A stretch of 59,656 nucleotides of DNA, filler included, from Squatina squatina (lineage: Eukaryota), in assembly GCA_031763465.1 (NCBI GenBank). It is 4 parts of 4 records of this genome, joined end to end, with 100 filler letters (N's around TTAATTAATTAA, not from the genome) between each part and the next. Parts side by side here need not be neighbours in the genome. Positions count along the whole stretch, not along the records: positions 1 to 14,240 come from JARFOE010000162.1; positions 14,341 to 34,011 come from JARFOE010000230.1; 2 more parts are not named here. One strand, 5' to 3'. Numbering within the stretch: position 1 is the first letter of the stretch; each line of letters starts with the position of its first letter. Made by a program: the position numbers and the translations under genes. This document shows, one piece after another, positions 12,081 through 22,645 of the stretch. The notes beneath the pieces are model-generated. The model was not told the DNA's origin and did not search any database. It saw only the letters and a list, made by a program, of their open reading frames with translations.

Positions 12081-12127
12081 GTCAGCGTAACATGGCAACG
12101 CTAAACCAGCGTTGCCATGGTGCTGAC
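12081..12127. promoter_or_regulatory. Paired RFX X-box-like motifs forming an inverted repeat
   Basis: GTAACATGGCAAC (12087-12099) and GTTGCCATGGTGC (12111-12123). Perfect 12-bp arms catggcaacgct/agcgttgccatg flank a 5-nt loop, in CpG-rich DNA at the 5' end of C19orf44. Confidence 0.4.
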
Positions 12128-12988
12128 TCGGCAGTCACCCGGCCAATGCCGCGGCGCAACCACGCATGCACAATCCCTTAAAGGCAAGGGCTGCAAGCTT
12201 GAACGGCACATGGGGACCCAAGGCCACTAGATCACCAGGGACCCCGAGACCCGCCGCTAAAAGATGCCGGCACGCTCTCTGGCGACAAAACACACAGAGG
12301 GACGATCGGCCGCCACACGGCGGCCGACAATAAAGTTGAAACTGGTGGTTACCTACGCCAGTGGCAGCGCGGGTGAGCCGGGCTCAAATTCCAGAGCCGG
12401 CTCACCTGCACTGTATGGGGGGGTGTCGGGTTGCGGCCAGGCGTACAGGGGTNNNNNNNNNNNNNNNNNNNNNNNNNNNNNNNNNNNNNNNNNNNNNNNN
12501 NNNNNNNNNNNNNNNNNNNNNNNNNNNNNNNNNNNNNNNNNNNNNNNNNNNNAATTCTTTTAATCAGATGATAAGCTCCAATGTACTTCTACCATCCTGA
12601 TATTTATGTCCTTTGGCTATTTTAAATTTAACGATTTATTGAGTTGGCCTGAATTTCCTAATAATTCCTCTGATTTGGCTATTCTGCCGGGCAAGAAGGC
12701 AAAATATGTTAGCATGAGTACAGAAATGCGTTGTTAGACGGAGAAAGGGGAAGGTGCTGCCTGGGATCATGCAGGAACTGGAAAGAGACGGAAAAACGTG
12801 TTTGGAGCTGATTTGCGGGGCGGCTGCTGACTCCGGCCAATGGTTTGAAGCCGTGTGGAGAGAAGGGGTTGATCTGGACGGTCCAAGCCGGGAGCCTTCG
12901 CTGTTGCTGCTAGCTGCCGCTTTTGTGTGGTCCCTGCCGATTGCTCAGCGCGATCACACCCCATCCGTTCCCCTCCGGCCTGGTGCAA

Positions 12989-13082
12989 ATGGAGATGCTG
13001 TTGCTGCCGCTCTTGCTGCTCTGCTCCGTGGCCGGCATCGCCCGGCCCGCCGTCTACTTCAGCGAGCAGTTCGCGGACGGAG
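12989..13082 (+). CDS. CALR3: Calreticulin-family gene exon 1 (signal peptide); CALR3 by synteny
   Basis: MEMLLLPLLLLCSVAGIARPAVYFSEQFADG|gtgag, phase 1. VYFxEQFxDG is the calreticulin N-terminal motif. Head-to-head with C19orf44 like human CALR3; CCAAT box upstream at about 12837. Confidence 0.85.
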
Positions 13083-13486
13083 GTGAGATTGGTGAACCGA
13101 GACCTGTTGCTACCTCCGTGGGTTTGCAAAANNNNNNNNNNNNNNNNNNNNNNNNNNNNNNNNNNNNNNNNNNNNNNNNNNNNNNNNNNNNNNNNNNNNN
13201 NNNNNNNNNNNNNNNNNNNNNNNNNNNNNNNTTTCTCTGCGGTCTTCCAATGGCAATTTTGCACACAGTTGTTTGCACTTTCTTCCCCATTCCTAGCTGG
13301 ACACATCTGGCGTCTGCTTGACACCTCCCTGTGGGGGAGAGGGGTTGCGTGCACAAATATGTGGCCCACCTCACTCTGGTACAGCAATACTGTGTGATCA
13401 ACCATTGGGTTTCAAATTGGTTTGCGTGAGCTCACACAAGTGGGATGATGCTGCGACCTAAATACTGTATTTACTGTTCTTTGCAG

Positions 13487-13696
13487 GACGATGAGTTGAC
13501 CCACCTCTACACACTGATCATCAAACCCGATCAAACATATGAAGTTAAGATCGACAACGCGAAAGTAGAGTCGGGTAACTTGGAGGATGACTGGGACTTC
13601 CTGCCAGCGAAGAAGATCAAGGATCCTGAGGCGAAGAAGCCAGAGGACTGGGACGACCGAGAGACCATCGACGATGTCAATGATAAAAAGCCAGAG
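13487..13696 (+). CDS. CALR3: Calreticulin-family exon (N-domain end and P-domain repeats)
   Basis: ttctttgcag| ... |gtgag, 210 bp. Encodes [70 protein letters not shown]. Confidence 0.92.
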
Positions 13697-14284
13697 GTGA
13701 GATCAGAGAACTATGTTGTCTCGGTCTACCTGTTGTTCTTGGGCACACACCCTCTATTGGTCCCATGGGTACCAAGTGTGTAGGCGCTGGTGATGCTGAC
13801 TAGCGTTTCACAGTTGTTGCAGCAAATTTTTAAATGATACCATAATCTGCCACAGCAAGTTTCTGCCATCATTCTTTTTGGCAAAGCCATTGAGAGGAAA
13901 GATAGAAGGTTGAGTTATCTTGGGCCGATAGTATGCCTCCTACTGGCAGAATAAAGAGAGACATAGATACTCATTGTAAAACTGCATTACTTGGTGATGG
14001 GGAGTTCTTGTGTTTTCCTCAGCGTTATCAGCAGCGACAATTTTTATAACTGAATCCAATCAGAAAAAAAATCCTTAACTAGGAATAGTGACCCAGCTTT
14101 TTGTACACGTGTTGGTGAGAAGGCTGATTACTGGTGTTGCAAGACAGTTAATGAAAGGGAATGAGTGAGCTTAGGGACCTGCTGACTGTTTCACTGTAGG
14201 TGGTAATTGTCTGATCTGACCACAGCATCCTTTTCCTCTCNNNNNNNNNNNNNNNNNNNNNNNNNNNNNNNNNNNNNNNNNNNN

Positions 14285-14296
14285 TTAATTAATTAA
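14285..14296. other. Artificial scaffold-joining linker
   Basis: TTAATTAATTAA (stops in all six frames) embedded in N runs. Gene neighbourhoods on either side are unrelated. Confidence 0.95.
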
Positions 14297-15364
14297 NNNN
14301 NNNNNNNNNNNNNNNNNNNNNNNNNNNNNNNNNNNNNNNNCTGGGAAAAGTTAGAGATGTAGCAGGTTTTTAAGCAAGTGCAGGGGCAGGGAAAGGGGAG
14401 AGGGGGAGGAAGGAACAAGGGGGAAGGTCTGTGATAGGTTGGAAGGCAGAAGAGATTAAAGGACATTAAGAGACGGTGCAAGGCAAAAGGTGATGGTAAT
14501 GGGACACGTTAAAAAATAAAAGATAAATCTAAATAGGGTGTAAGTGGGGAATCAGCAACAGCCATTAGAGGGAAACAAAAACAGAAATGTTCAAAACAGC
14601 AAAGTCCTTTTGGGGAAGGGAGAAGAAGCAGGCGGCTTCATAAACTCCAAGGGTGAAGCCAATTAATTACAAAGTTAATCGAGCCCTGAGATTGTACTAA
14701 ATTCTAACCGAATATGCACTTTGATACGGTTTATATCTTTGAGTTCATCCCTCTCATTACCACTGCTAATCACTACCATTATGCTTGTCATGTTTTTTTC
14801 ATGCAGTTGTGCAGCAGCTGGCAATAAGAAAGGTGCAATACAACATTGTGCAAGGCAGTAGAATGAACAGGGTCAGCTGTCAAGGAGAGAGAGAGGGGCT
14901 TTGCTGAAAAATAATTAATTTTGTTTCAAAGGTCTGTACGTCGTAAATGATCCTGTAGCCGAGAGGAGATTCGAACAACCCGATCGCTGTCTTAGCTGGG
15001 AGTCGCGCTCTCAAACAATGCAGAGCCACAATCTTAATTTTCCTTTCTGCTACTAAATTTAAGAATTAAACCAGCTTTTAACCATTATCCTAACTTCCGT
15101 GAATGCGCGTGTGACAATCTGAAAAGGTAACTTAATGACAGTACAGCACTGATTTCCAGCAAAAGAAAATCTGCTGGTGTTACAGAACAGCTGTCAGCTT
15201 AAACTGCAGCTAATCCTGGAGTGTTGGCTGAGTGCTGACTGCATTAGTACATTGAATTCCACATGGAGCAACTGCGCCACCTACAGCTAATGGCTGGGCA
15301 AGACCGTGGATAAGCCTAAACAGTGGGAAAAAAGAAAAACTGAACGAAAGAAAGACAGACAGAT

Positions 15365-15722
15365 AGTTATACAGCGCCTTTCACGACCACCAGACCACTC
15401 AAAGCGCTTTACAGCCAATGAAGTTCTTTTGGAGTGTAGTCACTGTTGTAATGTGGGAAACGCAGCAGCCAATTTGCGGACAGCAAGATCCCACAAGCAG
15501 CAATGTGAAAATGACCAGATAATTTGTTTTTGTTATGTTGATGCAGGGGATAACTCCCCTGCTCTTCTTCGAAATAGTGCCACGGGATCTTTTACGTTCA
15601 CCTAAGAGGGCAGACGAGGCCTCGGTTTAACGTCTCATCCGAAAGACGGCACCTCTGAAGGTGCAGCTCCCTCAGCACTGCACTGGAGTGTCAGCCTAGA
15701 TTTATGTGCTCAAGTCTCTGGA
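15365..15722 (-). mobile_element. tRNA-headed SINE copy
   Basis: Reverse-complement similarity to 2014-2430 (tail cagcgcctttcacga...; head ...gtgctcaagtctctgg). Confidence 0.75.
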
Positions 15723-15954
15723 ATGTTATAAACAGAAAAGGCTGGAAAATCTGAAAGTGAAAAGGCACGTTAATATTCCCAGTGGGGCCTGCAACCAGCG
15801 TGATAGCCTATAATAAGCATGTTGCAGCTTAAAAAGTATAGAATTGTAGCAAATATAGCACCAAAGTTCATTCAACCCAACGTACCAATGGCATCATATC
15901 AACTGGCATGATCTACTTCAATCCTAATCCCTCCATTTTCCTCTATTAGTTTAC

Positions 15955-16167
15955 AGGCTGATTCCCCAAACTGGCATTCCTGGGAAGGAGTGGCACTCAA
16001 AAGGGAATGCTGATTGGGAACTCTGAGGTCCACAGACTGTGATTTTCCATCAATTTGAATTTAGTGGAAAGAAAATCAAGCTCTGCAGGCTGACAATGTC
16101 CCAACCAGCGCAATATCCCTGCAAGCGCACACTCCTCGCTGGATTCACCCAATCGGGGAATCGGCCC
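15955..16167. mobile_element. Palindromic MITE-like element
   Basis: Termini ggctgattcccc / ggggaatcggcc with nested internal pairings (gctgattggga/tcccaaccagc; gattttccat/gtggaaagaaaatc). Confidence 0.55.
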
Positions 16168-16872
16168 TATATTCCCGTCTTTTTAAAAGCTTAGCCAATT
16201 CAATTTGAAATGATGTTATAGTCTTTGCCTCAAATGTCACTTTTAGTTAAGTATTCATGTTCTCACAACCTTCCATATGTAAAAACAAATTCTTCTAACC
16301 TTCCCTTTGTTCTTCGAGTGGCAATAATGAGTCTATGCGATAATACTCTACACATAAAATCCTTCACAGTGAATTTCGAGTTTGGTTCCACCAAGCAGGT
16401 CCATAGAAATGGGGTGGGGGAGTCAACAAGCTACTCAACTCATAGCACCTCCAAGTGGCCATGAGAAGTATAACTAGAGCAGTCCTGGGACAGCAGCATG
16501 TTGACCCATAAATTCCTGGNNNNNNNNNNNNNNNNNNNNNNNNNNNNNNNNNNNNNNNNNNNNNNNNNNNNNNNNNNNNNNNNNNNNNNNNNNNNNNNNN
16601 NNNNNNNNNNNNNNNNNNNTGTCGGAGCAGGCTCGAGGGGACAAAGGGCATACTCCTGCTCCTACTTCTTATGTTATGTAGTTGGCTCGTGCACCACCTT
16701 AATTTAGTTCTCCGGTCCTTGAGCGCGCATGATGGACTTCCTCAATTTAAAAGCAAAGCTTAAATTCCCCAAGTAACTTTTCTGATCATTGCACCGCAGA
16801 TAGCCTCAAGCATTGATTACAAAGCAAATAAGTTTGATAAAAGCTTTGGTTAAAAAAAGAGTTTGGCCTTAC

Positions 16873-17103
16873 CTTTAAGAGCTGGATGTTGTCAGATTTC
16901 AAGAGCCGGTCGATCTCATCCGTCTTCCTGGTCAGTCCGCTGCACCTCTGGTTTAGCCAGCTCTGGATGCTGTCAGCTTGGGCCAAGGCAACGGCCTCCT
17001 CACTCTCGATGATGTTGGTTGCAATACTCTGCGATTCTTTAATGCAGTTGATTAGATCACCAAAGTGCTTATCAATGTCGGACCTCACCTGGAATGTTGT
17101 TTC
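16873..17103 (-). CDS. TRIM16-like paralog A, coiled-coil exon (231 bp)
   Basis: ttaactag| ... |gtaagg, phase 0-0. Encodes ETTFQVRSDIDKHFGDLINCIKESQSIATNIIESEEAVALAQADSIQSWLNQRCSGL...DNIQLLK, homologous to the exon at 20831. Confidence 0.85.
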
Positions 17104-17206
17104 CTAGTTAACAGAGGGAAGGTTACAGATACAAACAGAACTGAAACAAGGAGCAGCAGAACTGTGTGTAATAATTTTCTTTAAACAAATATGGCTTGGT
17201 ACTCAC

Positions 17207-17302
17207 TTTGATAGAAGTGACATTGTCTTTTAATTTAATAATTGCTGTATTAATATCTTCAATCTGACTCTGCCTTCTTATTTTTTCTTCCTGAAGAAGT
17301 TT
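17207..17302 (-). CDS. TRIM16-like paralog A, 96-bp first coiled-coil exon
   Basis: aag| ... |gtgagt. Encodes KLLQEEKIRRQSQIEDINTAIIKLKDNVTSIK. The 96-bp plus 231-bp exon pair is the canonical TRIM structure. Confidence 0.85.
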
Positions 17303-19974
17303 CTTTATAGAGTACACAACATAAACAAAACAGCAATTAAAATGTTTATTCAAATACACTGAATATGTAAAATAAAGCCATCTTTAGTTTTACCATCTTA
17401 AGTCACAACAGACTCATTTATGCGAGGCTGCATTCACCCGACACGGTTTCCGTCTGTGAGAAGCACTTTCACTTCACGCCGATGTTAAACTTATGGAGTG
17501 TAAATGCGGAGTCAAGGACACTGAGGTGAAGTGGAGCGAGGGTCCCTCTTGCAGGATGCCTCACTCTGCTTCCCTATTGTGTCAGCTTGGGCCTAAACTC
17601 CAGATTTTAAAAACAGAACTTGCATTTCTACAGCGCCTTTTGCCATCTCAGGAAGTCCCAAAACATTTTACAACCAATGGAGCACTTTTGAGGTGTAGTC
17701 ACTGCTGTAACGCAGGAAGATTGCAACTGCAGCATTGGTGCGACTGTGAAGTGAAATCGCTTTGCAACAAATGGCCACAGTTCAAACAAGAAGCTTGCAG
17801 GCCAACCTGCAGCACTAAAGCTATATAGAAAAGCAGGTCTGAAATGATGCACCAGTTACATCACGATATGAAGATAGTGCCCATTTTAAAATTAAGGTTA
17901 AAAGCTGCAGCACCAGACACAATTGTAAATGAAATGCTAAGTTACAGACAAAAGGCCAGTTATGCTATTTGCACATTTGCATCGATGCAAAGAGGTTTCA
18001 AGGCGCTCGTGTACCTGCACTCTTAGGATACATTTGTAAGATTAGTGCAGAGATGACATTCACATGGCATCTCTCCTCATGTTAAAGCTTTAAATGGAAT
18101 TCAGAAGATCAGCCACTGGCGTGCATCACCATTAACCATTAATCACCATTGACAAAGGTTTCTGCACGATAAAAATATCAGATTGGCTAGAATATTCAGC
18201 TAGGGGAGGCTTCAACAAAACCATCAGGCCTTACTTATCTCCCATGGCCCACAAAACATAATCAATAGAAGCCATTTTTTTTGTGCTGTAAAGCACAGTC
18301 TTCAAAGGCACATACACCCACCTCAGATAATCAGATTAAAAGATCAGACCTATGTATTTCTCAAACAAGTCGATGGGAACATTGGGCGCAAAATTCGGAT
18401 CGGTAGCGCCTGTTTTTTGGTCCAAAATGGCTTTCACGGAGCATGCACTAAATTTTGGTGCAAGTCATGCCAGACACCGTATTGTTGAGGGCCTTAGCGA
18501 GCATCCATTGGAAGTATGCAGAGTAGGCAGANNNNNNNNNNNNNNNNNNNNNNNNNNNNNNNNNNNNNNNNNNNNNNNNNNNNNNNNNNNNNNNNNNNNN
18601 NNNNNNNNNNNNNNNNNNNNNNNNNNNNNNNATAACGCCTCGGGCTTTTTCCCATGGTCTGAACAAAATGATGGTAGGCAACTGCAAGTCAAAACAGCTT
18701 AAAGCAAGCAATGTTTGGAAGCAGTGGGAGGAGCTGCGGCTCAGACAGAACTAAGACGTTCTGTGTTGACGGAGAACCATTGTGTGCTCTTATATCAGAA
18801 AATTAAGACAGGCAATTATTTCAAGTCTCACTGTGAAGCTCTGTATGTTACCCAACTAGTAAATGGGCTCTTGAAAGAAGTTTTTTTGAAAGCTTTATTG
18901 AACTATGGAAGATTCAGAAATATTTACATATGTGGTTAAGTCACTTGTTCATATAGTACTTACAGGGGCATGAGTTACTATCTAGAAATGTTGATTTGAT
19001 GTGATAATTGTACGCACTTATACACCACTAAACTTTGAAGAAACCTAGGTGGTCTGCTTGTATTTCTAGAGAGCATGAATGTGGGTGGGAGGGGGTTACA
19101 TTAGTTCCACAAAACATAAGCCCACATTTTGCTGCCAAAATGACAATGAGTTTAATGGTGTTCACAGTTATTAATGTGTAAATCGTCCAACAATTTGTGG
19201 CAAGGAAGAGATACCCTGTGAATAGCAAATTGTCACAAGTTGCTCTGCCGTTAGCTTCGCGAAAACAGCATCTCGCCCTTAACCTGCCCGTGGGTTTCAT
19301 GAAGTTTGTGTATTTGCATATTAATTGACCATTAAACTCAAGTATAAGTACCCTTTTAACGATGTGAAAATTGTTAATGGCTACCAATCAACCTCTCTGG
19401 CCCAGAACGTGAACAATTAAAAGTGTGAAGTCTCATTCCTTCAGGTAGTGAATTGTTGTTGATTTTAAAAAAATGTGAAATTGAAATATTTTATTTTGTT
19501 TTCTTACTTTTCTTTTTTCTTTCCTCTCTCTTAATCTAATCTTTCTTTCCCTCTCTTTAATTTTCTTTCTGTACCTGATTTGACACTAATGCACCCTCCT
19601 TCTTAGTGCTTCCTATAGTTCTTTCTCAATCCTTAAATCTCATTGGTTAAGGAGATAGACTGTTGGTCCCAAGTCGTTCACCGAGGTCCCAGATGCCCTA
19701 TTGCCCTCGCTAAGCCGTTATCAGCTCAGACTTTCAGCAAGTTAAAGGGCAAAGAAGTTTTGAGCTAAATGTGGCAGGAAAAAGTCTAACTAACCAGGCA
19801 CACTGTGAGATGCCCCACTCCAGCAAACTCTGGCCCGTTGATAGTAAAAGTCATTCTTTACCAATTTATTACACAATACCATTCAGCTTTTCTTTGGGGA
19901 ACAGGGGAATAGTTAACACACTGTGTGGGCATTGCATTATATGTAGTCGACAGCAAAAGAAATAATGAGCTAAC

Positions 19975-20146
19975 CTTCTTTTGCAAATGCCTTCAGCTTC
20001 TCCTTGTAGGAGGTCTGGAGCAATTGTTTAATGTTCTCTGTTGATTCGGAAACGGCCGCACTGATTCCAGCAAGTTTGTCTATCAGCCCGATGTACACAC
20101 TGGGCAGCAAATCATCTGAACTGCTTTTCTTCCATTCACAAAATTC
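19975..20146 (-). CDS. TRIM16: TRIM16-like gene B, exon after the coiled coil
   Basis: ttttag| ... |gttagc, not in the ORF track. Encodes EFCEWKKSSSDDLLPSVYIGLIDKLAGISAAVSESTENIKQLLQTSYKEKLKAFAKE, versus recalled human TRIM16 [35 protein letters not shown]...YKKKLQEFSKE. Confidence 0.85.
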
Positions 20147-20830
20147 CTAAAATCAATTATTTCCATAACAAACTGAAGAGTGTTAGATATGCTGAGTCAA
20201 CAGGAAATGCAAAGAAAATGGATAAGATCTTGTCAAGAATTCAAGCCAATTGGTTATCTTGGGATAGTTATAGGTCTAGACTATAATTCCCTTTTTAAAA
20301 AATCCTGCTTATTTTGGTTTCTAAATTTCCATGAACCACTCACCAATCAGTGGCCTTCAGAAGGCAGCGAGGTGATCTATTCCTATGTCTCTATATTATA
20401 ATGTATTTAATGACAAACAGTTATCTTTGTGTTGTACTAATCAGGTAGCTTTTTGCCCCATGAATGACATAGAATTTTATAGCCCAGAAACAAGCCTTTC
20501 GGCCCAACAGGTCTGCACCGGTGTTTACGCTCCACAAATTAATAAAACAAATGTATTTAAGTGAGTCAGAGGCACACCAAATAACTTTACAGTTCTACTC
20601 TGTCTTCATATTCCCAGGATTGGCTGACCAGAATTTCCTCACTTATAATGGTGTTGGTTGTGGAATTTTCATTGCCGGTCCATTGAAATCCCCACTGCCT
20701 TCTCCAAACAGGAAGAATTAACTGCGAGTATTATTGTGATCCCCAAACTGCTGTTGTGGCTGGGCAGCCATGATTCCCATGGTGATAAGAAGACTGAAAA
20801 CATGCTGATTGCACTCATAACATCCCGCAC

Positions 20831-21040
20831 CTGTAAAAACTGCACCGTGTTCTTCTGCTTCACCAGTGCTTCCACCTGTTGCTTGGTCTTTTTCAGCTCG
20901 GCACACCTCTGTTCCAAGTGGGTGCGGATCCCATCAGCCTGCTTCAGTGAAGCGCACTGCTCATTCTCCAGAAATTCCAGCACCTCTTTCTGTGCATTTT
21001 GAACAGCTTCCATCAGGTCACTGAACTGCTTTTCAATGTT
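20831..21040 (-). CDS. TRIM16: TRIM16-like gene B, coiled-coil exon (5' end lost in gap)
   Basis: Encodes NIEKQFSDLMEAVQNAQKEVLEFLENEQCASLKQADGIRTHLEQRCAELKK...NTVQFLQ|gtgcg, matching TRIM16 QANGIKAHLEYRSAEM...NTVQFLE. Confidence 0.88.
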
Positions 21041-21868
21041 NNNNNNNNNNNNNNNNNNNNNNNNNNNNNNNNNNNNNNNNNNNNNNNNNNNNNNNNNNNN
21101 NNNNNNNNNNNNNNNNNNNNNNNNNNNNNNNNNNNNNNNNGAGGTGATGACTAAATAATCTGGGATTTTTTGTGATAAATATTGGCCAGGATGCTAGGAA
21201 AAACTCCCCAGCTCTTTTTCGAAATATTGCCATGGGATCGTTTACCTCCACCCTGTTTAATGACTCATCCGAAAGATGGAAGACTGAGCATGTTGGATAT
21301 ACACTTTCCCATTAAATCCACAGGATCATATCTCCTCACTAAAATGAAAAATATTCAGCACATAACCTGTCAGATGCACATTCCTTCTGTTACAAATCGT
21401 GTCCCAACAAATACTGCTAAACCAAAGTGGAAGAAGTATTAAGAATAAGAAATGACTACACTTTGCTTCAATCACTTCCAACTTTTGAATCACCATCACA
21501 GAATAATTTTTTTTAAAACTTCATTGAAGCGACATTCAGAATTTTTAAAAAGATTTTTTGATTTTGATTCAGATAGGATCCAGATTTCACGTTAAGCGTT
21601 TAATTCAAAATTCATTGATTTTTATCCAAAATCACTGCATGAAACCTTTGCTGAATTTGTAACAAAGTGTTTTCTAAACCACACAAAGAGCTTGTGAATA
21701 GTGGTCTACTGAGAATCAATCAGTTAGTGGGGAGGGGTTATGAAACCCCCACTCGGTGGGTTTTCAGTTTCCATAATCAACTGAAACTTGCTGGTATGCT
21801 GTTCACTGCAGCCTCCTTCTCACTTCCATCCTCTGACTCATTACACTTTGCTGGCTGTTTATACTGAC

Positions 21869-22645
21869 CTCCTTTTCAGTCTTTGCCCTTGCCACAGAGA
21901 TTATCTCGTGATATACATGTTTCTCCAGTGTGCACTCCTTACAGATGCAGCTCTGCTCATTCTTACAGAAGAACTCCAGGTACTGCTCATGCAGATAGCA
22001 TTTCCCCTGTTCAATGTCTTTCATTGGATTGATCAGTTTGTGGTTCTTAAAGGCTGCATTTTCAAGGTGAGGCCTCAGGTGAGTCTCACAGTAGGAAACC
22101 ATGCAAGTCAAACAGGACTTTGTCGCTTTTAACTTCTTGTCAATGCAGGTGTCACAGGCAACTTCATCGGGATCAGTGACAAACTCATCAATTCCTTCAT
22201 CTTCAATTGCGTTCTTACATTCAAGCTCGGGGTCTGGTTTCTGCCCAGTCTCATCCTGTGGCTTACAAGTTAACTCTTGCTCACAATCCTTATTTGGCTC
22301 CAACTCAGCCTCCGATATAGCCTTCTCCTCACATTCAGAGTGACGGCTTGGTTCCACCTCAGTCTCTTGCTCAGTTTCACGTTCAGGCTCTGGCGGTCCT
22401 GTGATGCCCTTTTTCCACTTTTCCACCAAGCCATTCAAAGTGACATTCTTCTGGAGGGGCAGATCCGAGTCAAACGTTTCTTTGCATTGCGGGCAGCTGT
22501 GGATATGGATCATTTCCCAGAAGTGCTCGAGGCAGTCTTTGCAAAAGTTATGTCCGCATGAAGTCGTTACCGGAGATTTGAAGAAATCTAAACAGATCGA
22601 GCAAGTGAGCTGTTCTTCCAGCCCCGAGAAGGCCGGAGCAGCCAT
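21869..22645 (-). CDS. TRIM16: TRIM16-like first coding exon: RING, acidic linker, B-box1 and B-box2
   Basis: ATG at 22645 (MAAPAFSGLEEQLTCSIC), upstream acceptor at 22718, donor |gtcagt, 777 bp, phase 0. C3HC4 RING (CSIC..CGHNFCKDC..CPQC), B-box1 CDTC..KSCLTCMVSYCETHLRPH and B-box2 CYLH..FC..CICKEC..H..H. Confidence 0.88.

Noticed and set aside
12143-12164. ERSE-like CCAAT...CCACG upstream of the calreticulin gene (and CCAAT-N9-CCGTG at 12837)
   Set aside because: The spacing is 12 rather than 9 nt in the first, and the second half-site is wrong in the second.
14241-14340. TTAATTAATTAA palindromes in N runs (also 34056 and 47382) as a biological motif
   Set aside because: Six-frame stop linkers used to concatenate scaffolds. 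No relationship across them should be inferred.
15753-21771. ISRE/IRF-like motifs near TRIM exons (GAAAGTGAAA at 15753, GAAGTGAAAGTG at 17464-17475 minus, GAAACTGAAA at 21762-21771 minus)
   Set aside because: A few such 10-mers are expected by chance in this much AT-rich DNA, and none is at a defined promoter.
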